Program-made: the position numbers and the translations under genes
Assembly: GCA_013360215.1 (NCBI GenBank)
Contig: JABWCP010000032.1
Coordinates: 1-32,945 of the forward strand
Direction of reading: 5' to 3'
Length of the DNA stretch: 32,945 nt
Source of the DNA: a bacterium
Lineage (GTDB): Bacteria; CLD3; SB21
Part shown: positions 1 to 9,445 of the stretch, piece after piece
Position numbering within the stretch: position 1 is the stretch's first letter
How the letters are laid out: each line of letters opens with the position of its first letter
Notes under the pieces: model-generated
Databases searched by the model: none
Told to the model about the DNA's origin: nothing
What the model saw: only the letters and a program-made list of their open reading frames with translations

Positions 1-7
1 ATACTTG

Positions 8-14
8 CCTCCTT
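8..14 (-). promoter_or_regulatory. Shine-Dalgarno sequence of a gene starting at the left window edge
   Basis: Minus strand reads AAGGAGG-caagt-AT, then the window ends; spacing fits an ATG cut by the boundary. Confidence 0.5.
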
Positions 15-195
15 CACTAGGAGACAATAATACGGCTTTCTAACACGACATTTCTACTTTGCTATATTAGGACATTATTACCTTGCCGAGATAGTTATTA
101 TTCCCTTGCAAATCCGCATACAAAAATAATATCCCCGTGCCTTTATATTTAATGTGTAACTCGTAATCATTATTAAGTCGTCTATCACATCACAT

Positions 196-226
196 AAAAA
201 AACCTCCGCTTCATACAGCGAAGGTT
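196..226 (-). terminator. Intrinsic terminator after the 278..2260 gene
   Basis: Minus strand AACCTTCGCT-gtatga-AGCGGAGGTT (10-bp stem with one G-U pair) followed by a T run, about 50 nt after the stop codon. Confidence 0.75.
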
Positions 227-277
227 GATGATAATATGATTTTTGTTATGATGCTGGCCGGTGCGATCAAATGCAAT

Positions 278-2260
278 TTATAATGTTGCTGTAGTTACTT
301 TAGATGAGATTGTAAAGCTGCCTTTTTGCGTTCCACCGGAATAAGTGCCGCCGGAATACAATCCATTTGTCACGGTTGCTCCGGTACAATTACCGCCGGT
401 AAACACTTTGTAGGTCGCTCCATTTTGAAGAAGCGGTGATGAAAATACGAAGTAATAAGCAACCCTTATGGGTGCGTAGGTGACCAAACTATTTCCTTCG
501 GAATCCTGTATATTGAATAAACGGCCCGGCGATACATTGCTGTTTATTTTTATCAAAGCCGTGTATTGTGTAGATGTCGTACTCGTCGCTTCGATCATTG
601 GTCCGGCATTAGGTCCCGATGCAATGAGCAAACCTCCGGAAATGTTAAAATTTCCGTTACAATCAATAGCCACTTCCGGATATACCTTTGGCCCTTGCGC
701 GATCACCACACCGCCGGTCATTTCTATGTTTCCATTGGCATCGATCGCATCACCGTCCGATGAATTCAACGCTATCGTGCCTCCGGCAAAAGTTAACAAA
801 CTACCGTCAACCGCTTCGCCGCCGTTTCCATAGGTCGTATTGACTGCATCATCCGAAGCTGTAACCGATGCATTCCCGTTATTCATCGTCACAAAAGGCG
901 CTTCTAAACCTTCATAGGATTTTGTCACCGTAACTGTTCCGCCATTGATGGTCAACGCGGTTTCGGATTTTATCCCGTCATCGGCGGATGAAACCATGAT
1001 AGTACCGTCATTGATGGTTATTGCGCCATCGCATTTTATCGCTTTGGCTTCGCTCGTCAACGATCCATAGATATAGCCGGCACCGGTAGTGGTAACGCTG
1101 ATCGTCCCGTTATTCATCACCATCGTGCTGTCTATATTTATACCTTTACCCGCCGTACCGGAACTGGTAACGGTAACCGTCCCCTGTTCCATCAGAAAAT
1201 GGCCGTCGCAATCAATCCCCGATGAGGAAACAATATCCGAAGCCGATCCATCATAATAAGCATTACCACCGGTCGTGATCGTGATACTATTGTTGATCAA
1301 TGTAAGATTACCGCCGGTCTTGATACCTTTAGCACCCGGACCTAAAACCGTGAGTGTAATGGTTTCGTTACTATTGATAGTAGTGTGACTTTCGCTTTTT
1401 ATCGCATGTGCTTTAGTGCCGGATGTAGTGACATGGATCGTACCGCCGGTGATTTGTATGTACGGTGTGACGGATATATCTCCCTCTTCATACGACGCGG
1501 TGATGCCTTCGTCTATGGAGTTGACCGTGATGCGTCCGCCAAGGATAGCGATAAATCCTTCTTCGCATTCGATGCCGTCGCCGGAGGCAACAATATTGAG
1601 GTAACCGCTCTCCATAGCGAAATAATCATTGGCGTGCACACCATCGGAAGCCACGGCTACAATATCTATACTGCTCTCTTTGATATAAATATAATCATCA
1701 CTGGCAATGCCGTGTTTGTAATTCCCTTTCACTTTTAGTAAACCGGTACCGCTGAAACTAAGCTGCCCTTCGCTGAACAGCGCCGCTTTCTGATCCTCGG
1801 TCGTGGTAACATAGGACGCACCGTCTATCAATCGGTTATTGGTACCATAGACGATGTTGACCGAAACTTTTTTACTCGATTGCACATTTACAGCCGGCCC
1901 ATTATCATTAGTGATACTTACCCCGTTGAAAACCAAACCAAATTTGTAAGCGCTGTATATTTTGAATATTCCGTCGGAAATTTTTCCGGATAAGACATAC
2001 TGGATTTCCGTTCCCGTAATCGTGGAATTCACTACCACGTCACCGCCGTCTATAGAAATTGTGACACCTAACGTATCAAACGGATTACTAACCGAAATCG
2101 AAGAGTCGGAATACGCTATCGTAACAGCATGAGCAAAAGTGGTATCCAATGTATGACCAAAAAAGTCATCTTCGCTGCTGTTACGACTACGATGCTCATC
2201 ACAATTTTGTAATGCCGTTACTGTCAGAGCAAAAAAAATGATTACCAAAAGCCTCTGCAT
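278..2260 (-). CDS. Cthe_2159/DUF4353-like carbohydrate-binding domain protein (beta-helix), probable lipoprotein
   Basis: 660 aa from ATG 2260 (MQRLLVIIFF...LQNC signal peptide ending in Cys). Repeated I.I.GG.I.V.S.DDGI-type coils and KAALFSEGQL/HGIASDDY motifs typical of this family. Confidence 0.7.
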   Translation of the reverse strand: MQRLLVIIFFALTVTALQNCDEHRSRNSSEDDFFGHTLDTTFAHAVTIAYSDSSISVSNPFDTLGVTISIDGGDVVVNSTITGTEIQYVLSGKISDGIFKIYSAYKFGLVFNGVSITNDNGPAVNVQSSKKVSVNIVYGTNNRLIDGASYVTTTEDQKAALFSEGQLSFSGTGLLKVKGNYKHGIASDDYIYIKESSIDIVAVASDGVHANDYFAMESGYLNIVASGDGIECEEGFIAILGGRITVNSIDEGITASYEEGDISVTPYIQITGGTIHVTTSGTKAHAIKSESHTTINSNETITLTVLGPGAKGIKTGGNLTLINNSITITTGGNAYYDGSASDIVSSSGIDCDGHFLMEQGTVTVTSSGTAGKGINIDSTMVMNNGTISVTTTGAGYIYGSLTSEAKAIKCDGAITINDGTIMVSSADDGIKSETALTINGGTVTVTKSYEGLEAPFVTMNNGNASVTASDDAVNTTYGNGGEAVDGSLLTFAGGTIALNSSDGDAIDANGNIEMTGGVVIAQGPKVYPEVAIDCNGNFNISGGLLIASGPNAGPMIEATSTTSTQYTALIKINSNVSPGRLFNIQDSEGNSLVTYAPIRVAYYFVFSSPLLQNGATYKVFTGGNCTGATVTNGLYSGGTYSGGTQKGSFTISSKVTTATL

Positions 2261-2521
2261 GCGTACCACAGATTTCTCTTTTAATGCGTGAAAGGAAAGA
2301 ATATTTGAATCACCCGTGTTCATCATTCCGATGCTCGGTAAGTGAAGAAGTTTGATTTTTACGATTACTCTGACCGCTTCGTCCCGTCGGCAATGTCTTA
2401 AGCTTAACACAAATTTCCAAACAAAATAAACACAGACATTGCCCGTTCACATAACTAAATATTGAGGCGATGTAATTTTTTTTGTACGTTGGATGATTCA
2501 CATTCAATCCGGAATACCATC

Positions 2522-4852
2522 ATGGCTGATCCCAAATCTCTTGAAGCGTTAGAACAACGGCTCAATCATATCACGCATACACTTATCGCAGCCCAACAAG
2601 AAATCGGAAGACTGCGCAGTGAAATACAAACACTACGTGCAGACGGTCATCCCGCGTCCTCACCGCTTACGGTTGAAGAAAAATCACATACCGTTTCACC
2701 AACTCCGGTTACAACGGCTTACACTATCGCCAAACCGGCCGTCTCGGAAATACCCAAACCCAAAATCCGCGCCGAAGAACCTAAAAAGAATATCGAAGCT
2801 TTTATCGGCGGCAAACTTCTGACGATCATCGGTATTGTCGTATTGGTTATCGGATTGGGCATATTGGTGATCGCCGCCATAGAAGCTGACATGATCGGAC
2901 CCATTGGGCGTGTCATGATCGGGATTTTGTCCGGACTCGGTTTATTGGTCGTCGCAAAAAAACTCAAACGCACGTACGAATTGTTTTCTGCGGCTTTGTT
3001 GAGCGGCGGCATGGCAACGCTTTATTTTAGCGTGTTTGCAGCCTTTTCTTTTTACGCTCTGATTCCTCAATGGGCGGCTTTCGTGATGATGCTTATGCTC
3101 ACGATCTTTACCGTACTGGCGGCTACACGCTATGATCGCCAGATCATCGGCGTGATGGGCCTTGTCGGCGCCTACGGCGTGCCTTTTTTGATAAGCACCC
3201 AAAGCGGACAAATTTTAATTCTGCTTTCATACATCACTTTGGTCAATGCCGGTATTTTGATACTTGGTTTTCGTAAAAACTGGCGCATCATGAATCATAC
3301 GGCATTTGTTTTGACATGGGCTATTTTTACGGCGTGGTTGGTTGATCGTTATGACGAAAAAACACAACTCCCTATCGCGTTGGGATTCAGCACATTATTT
3401 TATATCAAATTTTATTTACTCTTTATTGCATACAAAATCCGCTCCAAAGAACCTTTCGCGGCATACGATATCATCCGTCTGCTGGGAAATAGTTTTGTTT
3501 ATTATGGCGTCGGATACGGTATTTTGGATTCGGTATCACACGGTGCATATCAGGGATTATTTACGATGGGCATCGCGACGACACATATCGCATTTGGTTA
3601 TTATTTACGAAAAACCCAAAACGGAGAGCGCGCTTTGGTGCTCGCCGTAGCAGGTATGACGCTTATTTTTACGGCTATAGCTATTGTCGTTCAGTTAGAA
3701 GGACATTGGGTAACCATGCTCTGGCTCGCCGTCGCATCGGTTGTTTTTTGGATGGGTCGTTCACAAAACGAGGTCTGGTATGTACGCATGGCCGTCCTAT
3801 TATACGGCATCGGATTCATTAGTTTTATTCATGATCAGCAGCATGTGGTTTTGGTTAATGCCGATCTTGTCGTCGTATGGAAACCCGTTTTCAATCTCAA
3901 TTTCCTGAGTGCACTGTGGGCCATCGGTGCGTTTGCTTTTTCCCAATACATTATTTTTCATCCGTCATACGTCACCAAGAATGCAGCCCCATCCCAAATA
4001 GATCGTATCGGTTTGATGATAATTTCTGGTTTAACAGCGCTGACCGTGTTTTTTGCTTTTGCGTATGAAATTCATTTTTATTTCCAATCGCTATACCGAC
4101 AAACATACACCGATTGGCATGATATCGCCCGTGCCGACATTTCGTTCTTATATTACAATACGGCATGGATTAGTTTATACGCCGGATTGTTTTTATATGC
4201 CTTCACGGTTTTGAGCCGTCGTTTTTATAAGGACTGGAAAGGCTTTATCGTGGCGTCCGTTTTAGCGGGCTTTTATCTTATCCTTGTGTTGACACAGACG
4301 GTAGACGCCATGGGCGCACTGAGAAGCTTTTATATTGCTCCGCCCGGTGAATATCCTTTTGTCGTCGGCTTCTCTTCGATGCTTATCCGGTTTGGCGTCT
4401 GGTCTGCCGTAGGATTACTTTTATACGGAATATCATCCTATGCCAAAGCGGCAGAACCCAAGTTTAGCGAACCCTTGCACGTCATCATCAACATCTGCGT
4501 GATTATCATCTTGTCCGTCGAATTAAAAAATGCCTGGCTCGTAACCCATGCGGATGATATTTCACTACTTGAAACACAAGTATATCGCATCGGATTTACC
4601 ATATTATTCGGCATCTACTCTCTGACGTTGATCGCTATCGGTATATGGAAACGCCACCGTATGATGCGTTATTTCGCGATCGCTTTATTTGCACTCACGC
4701 TCGTCAAAATTTATACTTACGACATGCAAAACCTTAGTTCGTTTAACCGAATTCTTCTTTTTATTCCTCTGGGGCTTATCTTGTTATTGGTTTCCTTCTT
4801 ATATCAAAAATTCAAACACATTATCACGGGCGATGAAAAAACAAATGCGTAG
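2522..4852 (+). CDS. DUF2339-family multi-pass membrane protein
   Basis: N-terminal coiled coil, then NIEAFIGGKLL..IGIVVLVIG and many TM segments; C-terminal K...YDM..L....RIL.FI.LG.ILL.VSFLYQK. Start moved to ATG 2522. Confidence 0.8.
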   Translation: MADPKSLEALEQRLNHITHTLIAAQQEIGRLRSEIQTLRADGHPASSPLTVEEKSHTVSPTPVTTAYTIAKPAVSEIPKPKIRAEEPKKNIEAFIGGKLLTIIGIVVLVIGLGILVIAAIEADMIGPIGRVMIGILSGLGLLVVAKKLKRTYELFSAALLSGGMATLYFSVFAAFSFYALIPQWAAFVMMLMLTIFTVLAATRYDRQIIGVMGLVGAYGVPFLISTQSGQILILLSYITLVNAGILILGFRKNWRIMNHTAFVLTWAIFTAWLVDRYDEKTQLPIALGFSTLFYIKFYLLFIAYKIRSKEPFAAYDIIRLLGNSFVYYGVGYGILDSVSHGAYQGLFTMGIATTHIAFGYYLRKTQNGERALVLAVAGMTLIFTAIAIVVQLEGHWVTMLWLAVASVVFWMGRSQNEVWYVRMAVLLYGIGFISFIHDQQHVVLVNADLVVVWKPVFNLNFLSALWAIGAFAFSQYIIFHPSYVTKNAAPSQIDRIGLMIISGLTALTVFFAFAYEIHFYFQSLYRQTYTDWHDIARADISFLYYNTAWISLYAGLFLYAFTVLSRRFYKDWKGFIVASVLAGFYLILVLTQTVDAMGALRSFYIAPPGEYPFVVGFSSMLIRFGVWSAVGLLLYGISSYAKAAEPKFSEPLHVIINICVIIILSVELKNAWLVTHADDISLLETQVYRIGFTILFGIYSLTLIAIGIWKRHRMMRYFAIALFALTLVKIYTYDMQNLSSFNRILLFIPLGLILLLVSFLYQKFKHIITGDEKTNA

Positions 4853-6065
4853 ATTGTTCCTTTTTTTATTAATCGTGTCCGGCACTACAGCGTACGGACA
4901 ATTTTCCTCCTACCGCATGGCCGCTGATTTGGACTCCGTTCGGCAAAACGGCTGGCATCATTTGCACATTTTACCTTCGTGGCTAGCACAGATGCGCGGG
5001 GACAAAGCCGACGTAAGGCTGTTTTCTTTTCGCAAAAATGATACGCTGGAGACACCGTACTTGGTGCACAAAAGTGAAGATCGTATGCGTACCAAAGAAA
5101 TTCCGGTTCACACTATCAATCGCGGCATTTCGGGCCGTACACTTTTTCTCACGCTGTCACAACCTTCAAAAAAGATCATCAATACTCTGACGTTTTCACC
5201 GGAAGCAATTAATTTTAACTGTGGCGTTATCATCGAAGGCAGCGATGATCAAAAAAACTGGATACGTCTCGCGACGGATGAACCGCAACGTATTTTCGGA
5301 ATTCAAAATTCAGATATTTCATATCGCTATACCACACTTCGTTTTACAGAAACCAATTTTCGGTATTTACGATTACAACTGAGTGACGCGAGCCAACTCG
5401 GTACGGTCCATGTTGAAGCTACCGAGAATACCGTGGATTGGGCCGAATTGGACACCTTACGTATAACCTCGACAACGACAACAGAAAGCCATACCGCCCA
5501 TACGACGGAAATGATTATGGAATTTGAAAATCCATCGTCGGTAGATCGCTTACAATTACGTTTTTCCAACACGGGAGACTTTTATCGGTCGGTGGATGTA
5601 CTGGCGCGCGGCGACAGTATCGGCGGTCGTAACAGAAACAACGCCTGGTGGTACCCTGTTTCATCCGGTGTAGTCAGTTCTTTGGAACCGGCCATCCTGC
5701 GCAACTTGTCAGTACGCGCTTCCGCGATAAAGCTTATCATCCACAATCACAACGATCAACCTTTGAAAATTACGAACGCGATTGCATTAGCCGAACGAAC
5801 CTACTTAGCCGCTAAGTTGGAGAAAAACACACGCTACGTTTTGACCTTTGGAAAAAAGAATGATCAAGCCCCGCGTTATGATGTCGTTTATTTTCAGGAA
5901 ACGATACCTTCGGTTTTACCGATAATTTCTGCCGGTGTAAGTTATAGCCTGCAAAGTGCGAACAACGTAACAACGTTTGGTCAAAACTGGTGGATATGGC
6001 TATTACTTATCGTAGCCGCGGTAATACTCGGATGGATGGCGATGGGTTTGATCAAGGAGAAATAA
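4833..6065 (+). CDS. Exported protein with C-terminal membrane anchor, DUF3999-like
   Basis: Signal peptide after ATG 4833 (or 4845), D.RL / IEGSDD...W / Y.L.FG....APRYD motifs and a C-terminal TM helix; overlaps the DUF2339 gene, its usual partner. Confidence 0.6.
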   Translation: MKKQMRRLFLFLLIVSGTTAYGQFSSYRMAADLDSVRQNGWHHLHILPSWLAQMRGDKADVRLFSFRKNDTLETPYLVHKSEDRMRTKEIPVHTINRGISGRTLFLTLSQPSKKIINTLTFSPEAINFNCGVIIEGSDDQKNWIRLATDEPQRIFGIQNSDISYRYTTLRFTETNFRYLRLQLSDASQLGTVHVEATENTVDWAELDTLRITSTTTTESHTAHTTEMIMEFENPSSVDRLQLRFSNTGDFYRSVDVLARGDSIGGRNRNNAWWYPVSSGVVSSLEPAILRNLSVRASAIKLIIHNHNDQPLKITNAIALAERTYLAAKLEKNTRYVLTFGKKNDQAPRYDVVYFQETIPSVLPIISAGVSYSLQSANNVTTFGQNWWIWLLLIVAAVILGWMAMGLIKEK

Positions 6066-6075
6066 AAACCGGTTT

Positions 6076-8313
6076 TCACTTAGCCCAATGATTCCACTGT
6101 AGTGTCAAATATGCATTTCTTCCGCGTCCCGGCATTTTTTGAATGTTGGCATGTTCACGGTAATCGGTATCCAAAACATTTTCTACACCCCATTGCAATT
6201 CCGCGTGTTTATTCACTTTTATACCGCCTCGGATTGTAAATAAGGTAAAACCGTGCGTGCGATGTTCAACCGCCTGTTGTTTGGCAAAACGGTTTTGTGA
6301 AGCGGCCGTTTTATTAGACAATTCAAACCAATACGAACCCGGCACCCAACGCACACTGTTTAAAACTTCAAGCGGCGCCATACCGGGCATCGGTTCATCC
6401 CATGCACTTACGCGGCTGTAACGGTATGAGGCTGTAATCTGCCATGCGATGGTATTGGTAATACTTCGAAAATGCGACGCTTCGATACCGGCAAGATCCG
6501 CGTGATGGACGTTTTCAATTTGTTTGAACAGCGTATCGGTGGTAATACCTGCGATATAGCGATCAATCCGTGTGTAAAAAATCTGCGCTTTGGAAATATG
6601 CTTATCCGTTTTGTATTCGTACGACAGTTCCGATTGATAACTGATCTCGGGTTTGAGATTGGGATTGCCTGTATAAATAAATCCATCGGACACATTATAA
6701 AAATAAAAACCATAGTTCTCGATATGCGTCGGCGTACGCGCCGTCCGTGCGAGCGCTAATCGCAATTTTTGATCGGCCATCATTTGCCATTCCGCAGCCG
6801 CACTGGCGCTAAAAGTTATGTATGATGTATTGAGGTGCGTCCGGTTCCAATATCCTTCCAACTCCCGGCGACCGATATCATCATGCAGGGAACGAACGGA
6901 ATAATCCAAACGGAATGATGATTTGAAAACAATTTTTTCCGTTAACAAACGACGGTATTCGGCGGCGGCGGCGTAGTTATAAACATGCGTTGACCCGATA
7001 TTGACGAGGTACATCGGCGAAACCTCGGGATCCAAACTTTGCATATCCATATCGGCAAACGCCGTCATACGATAAAAATCCACAACCCATTTGATGCCTT
7101 GAATATTGTCGCCGGTATAGAGATTGCTCGAAAAACCGATCGTACGCGTATTGCCGTACATCGGCATATACATATTCGGCATAAAATCACGTGCCGTGAC
7201 ATCTCTGTCGTAGTCATCCATATCATGATCCACCATGTTAAAATACACTTTGGTATTCAAAAACGATGCATGATGCCAAGGTTGTCTCCACTGGTGTTCA
7301 AGACCAAAAATATTGGCCACTGCGCGGCGGGTATCCATCAGCAAAACGGGATAACCGGCATCGGTTGCAACATCGCGAATATACGATGCCGTCCAGGTAT
7401 GATTACCGTTTTGGTGCGCAATATCCGTTTTAACGTTGGATTTATTATATCCTGAATTATGCATCAAACGGCCGTCACCGGCACGGAAATCATCGGACTT
7501 GCGAAGCGAAACGCCCGCGCGTGCGGCCCATGCACCGCCGGACCAATTGGTGGTCGAGCGCACAAAACGCAAATGAGATACGTTTTCATATCCGGTTTGT
7601 ACGCCGATGGCAAAGGGTACGGAAAAATCGGGTTTGCCCGTTCTGAGATTGAGTGATCCACCGATCGTCTGCCCGGCGCTCATATCGAAACCGCCTTTAG
7701 CAACTTCGATTTTTTCGAGATTATCTATTTCGACGTACGACGTGACGGGATCCATTTTGTCAATGCACGCGCCAAAAATTTTCATATCATCCACAAGCAC
7801 CTGAATTTGGCCGCCGCTTAGCCCCCGGATGGCCGGTTCTAATCCGAAATTGCCGCGACGAATCAGGGAAAGGCCGTCTGTTTTTTCAAGAATGTCGTCC
7901 GTGGTGTTGAGTTTCTTTTCAAGATAATACGATTCCTGCTGTTGCTCGATCCACGGGGCTGAAACAATGACTTCTTCTTCAAAACGAATCGCATTGCTGC
8001 GAAGAAAAACAGGCATGATTCTTTTTTCGCTAAAATGGTCCACGCTCACCCATGCGGTTTGGTACCCGACGCACGAAATGCGCAGTTTGTATTTGCCGTG
8101 ATGACGCGGAAGATGAAAGTAACCGGCGCTGTCGGCTATCGTACCTTCTTCCGTGCTGTCCATCCGTATATGCGCATAACGCACGGCTTCGCGGGTTTCT
8201 TCATCCACGATACGACCATGCACCATCGTAGCGTGTTCCTGAGCTTGTACGGATAGGGTTACCAAAACAACTAACCCTGTACAGTATTTGATGATCATTA
8301 ACATAGGTTTCAT
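6076..8313 (-). CDS. TonB-dependent receptor, OprC/NosA-like copper transporter with an N-terminal carboxypeptidase-regulatory-like domain
   Basis: Signal peptide; plug motifs (IRGLSGGQIQVLVD, IEVAKG); barrel motifs (GNPNLKPE, GVENVLD, PGRGRN); CxxxM (GACIDKMDP), HxM (VDHDMDDY) and a Met-rich loop (FMPNMYMPM). Confidence 0.8.
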   Translation of the reverse strand: MKPMLMIIKYCTGLVVLVTLSVQAQEHATMVHGRIVDEETREAVRYAHIRMDSTEEGTIADSAGYFHLPRHHGKYKLRISCVGYQTAWVSVDHFSEKRIMPVFLRSNAIRFEEEVIVSAPWIEQQQESYYLEKKLNTTDDILEKTDGLSLIRRGNFGLEPAIRGLSGGQIQVLVDDMKIFGACIDKMDPVTSYVEIDNLEKIEVAKGGFDMSAGQTIGGSLNLRTGKPDFSVPFAIGVQTGYENVSHLRFVRSTTNWSGGAWAARAGVSLRKSDDFRAGDGRLMHNSGYNKSNVKTDIAHQNGNHTWTASYIRDVATDAGYPVLLMDTRRAVANIFGLEHQWRQPWHHASFLNTKVYFNMVDHDMDDYDRDVTARDFMPNMYMPMYGNTRTIGFSSNLYTGDNIQGIKWVVDFYRMTAFADMDMQSLDPEVSPMYLVNIGSTHVYNYAAAAEYRRLLTEKIVFKSSFRLDYSVRSLHDDIGRRELEGYWNRTHLNTSYITFSASAAAEWQMMADQKLRLALARTARTPTHIENYGFYFYNVSDGFIYTGNPNLKPEISYQSELSYEYKTDKHISKAQIFYTRIDRYIAGITTDTLFKQIENVHHADLAGIEASHFRSITNTIAWQITASYRYSRVSAWDEPMPGMAPLEVLNSVRWVPGSYWFELSNKTAASQNRFAKQQAVEHRTHGFTLFTIRGGIKVNKHAELQWGVENVLDTDYREHANIQKMPGRGRNAYLTLQWNHWAK

Positions 8314-8354
8314 ATTTACACTCAATGAATTAGCGAAACTTTTTACTTTCAAAT

Positions 8355-8390
8355 CATGCGGCTTCCGGGAGGCTCTCCGAAAGCCGCATG
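8355..8390 (-). other. Intergenic GC-rich stem-loop
   Basis: CATGCGGCTT (8355-8364) and AAGCCGCATG (8381-8390) are perfect inverted repeats with further inner pairing; no clear U-tract on the minus strand. Confidence 0.7.
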
Positions 8391-8401
8391 GACTCTACAT
8401 A

Positions 8402-9193
8402 CTAATCAACGGTAACATCAAAATGCGTTTCCACAACGGTTGCCGCATTGCGGGTAATGCTGACATCCACTTGCCAATCGCCGGTCATCGTAAAATTGAC
8501 TTTTCCGCGATATACGGCGCCGCTAACATACACCGGATCTACGTTATTAGGCGATCCGTGTCCCATAGACGGCATCGTCGGTTCGATCGCAAGAGTCGCA
8601 TCGGTCACATCGGGAAATGACATCATGGATACGCGCTCATGCACCATCAGCTCCAATGTGTTCAAACCGACTTCCGGTACACGCGGTTTTTTCCATGAAA
8701 GAATGTACGACTTCGCATCCGTTCCCGTTACGACTTTACAACGATTGGAAGATTTGACCTTGGGTTCGATCATCACCGAACCTTCTTTACCGCTGTGGTG
8801 ATCGTGAAATTCCACTTCCAATTCCCAATACTCCATGTCATTGCCCGGCATTTGAAATACGACATACCCTTCAAATAATCCTTCTTCCGCTTCTTCACTT
8901 TCCGGATTACCGTACGGTGCGGCATGTGTCATTTCCGTCATATGCATCACCGGTGACAAGTGAATATGCCCTTCGTCAAGTATTTCTCCGCTCGCCGAAT
9001 CCTGCAAACGCGTATAGATCGCGTTATATCCGGTAGTCAACGTATCTTCGGAATACACCGAAACCAAAACACCTTGATCGTATCCTTGACCTATCAAAAC
9101 CATATCGTTGACGGGATCGGACGAATTTTTGTCTTTTTCACAAGACGAAATAAAAACAACCGTCATGATGATAATTGCTAACCAACGTAACAT
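8402..9193 (-). CDS. YtkA/FixH-like lipoprotein, Met/His-rich (putative copper-binding)
   Basis: Lipobox VFISSC; two related domains carrying PVMHMTEMTHAAP and PTMPSMGHGSP, plus FTMTGDWQV, typical of YtkA-like domains. Confidence 0.7.
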   Translation of the reverse strand: MLRWLAIIIMTVVFISSCEKDKNSSDPVNDMVLIGQGYDQGVLVSVYSEDTLTTGYNAIYTRLQDSASGEILDEGHIHLSPVMHMTEMTHAAPYGNPESEEAEEGLFEGYVVFQMPGNDMEYWELEVEFHDHHSGKEGSVMIEPKVKSSNRCKVVTGTDAKSYILSWKKPRVPEVGLNTLELMVHERVSMMSFPDVTDATLAIEPTMPSMGHGSPNNVDPVYVSGAVYRGKVNFTMTGDWQVDVSITRNAATVVETHFDVTVD

Positions 9194-9445
9194 GATAAAC
9201 GCTCCCAATTTTTTTTTGATATACTTCGCACACGCGTCGCTCCAAACTTCTTTTTTTGAAGCTTAACTGCAGGGCGCATAAAATTTGACCTGTCATCGTG
9301 ACGATACACCACACTCCGGTACGTAACTGACGGTCGTACTCAGAGCATTGTCATTGTATCTGTTCGATGATCCCATTGAACTAACCGGATGTCTCACATC
9401 ATTGCAAAGCACGATGCACCGAGCATCCGTTGTTTGGAAAAGAGT

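Noticed and set aside
2261-2521. ORF-track upstream extensions (starts at 2410 and 2462) and the 65-aa ORF 2310..2507
   Set aside because: The signal peptide and coiled-coil begin at ATG 2260 and ATG 2522; the interval is better read as a divergent promoter region.
6066-6075. Short palindrome AAACCGGTTT between convergent genes as a terminator
   Set aside because: No loop and too short for a stable hairpin; the same applies to the gap at 32104-32112.
6076-6100. TonB receptor ends in ...QWNHWAK rather than a terminal aromatic residue, suggesting a frameshift
   Set aside because: The last beta-strand pattern (AYLTLQW) is intact and short tails are tolerated; no evidence of a pseudogene.
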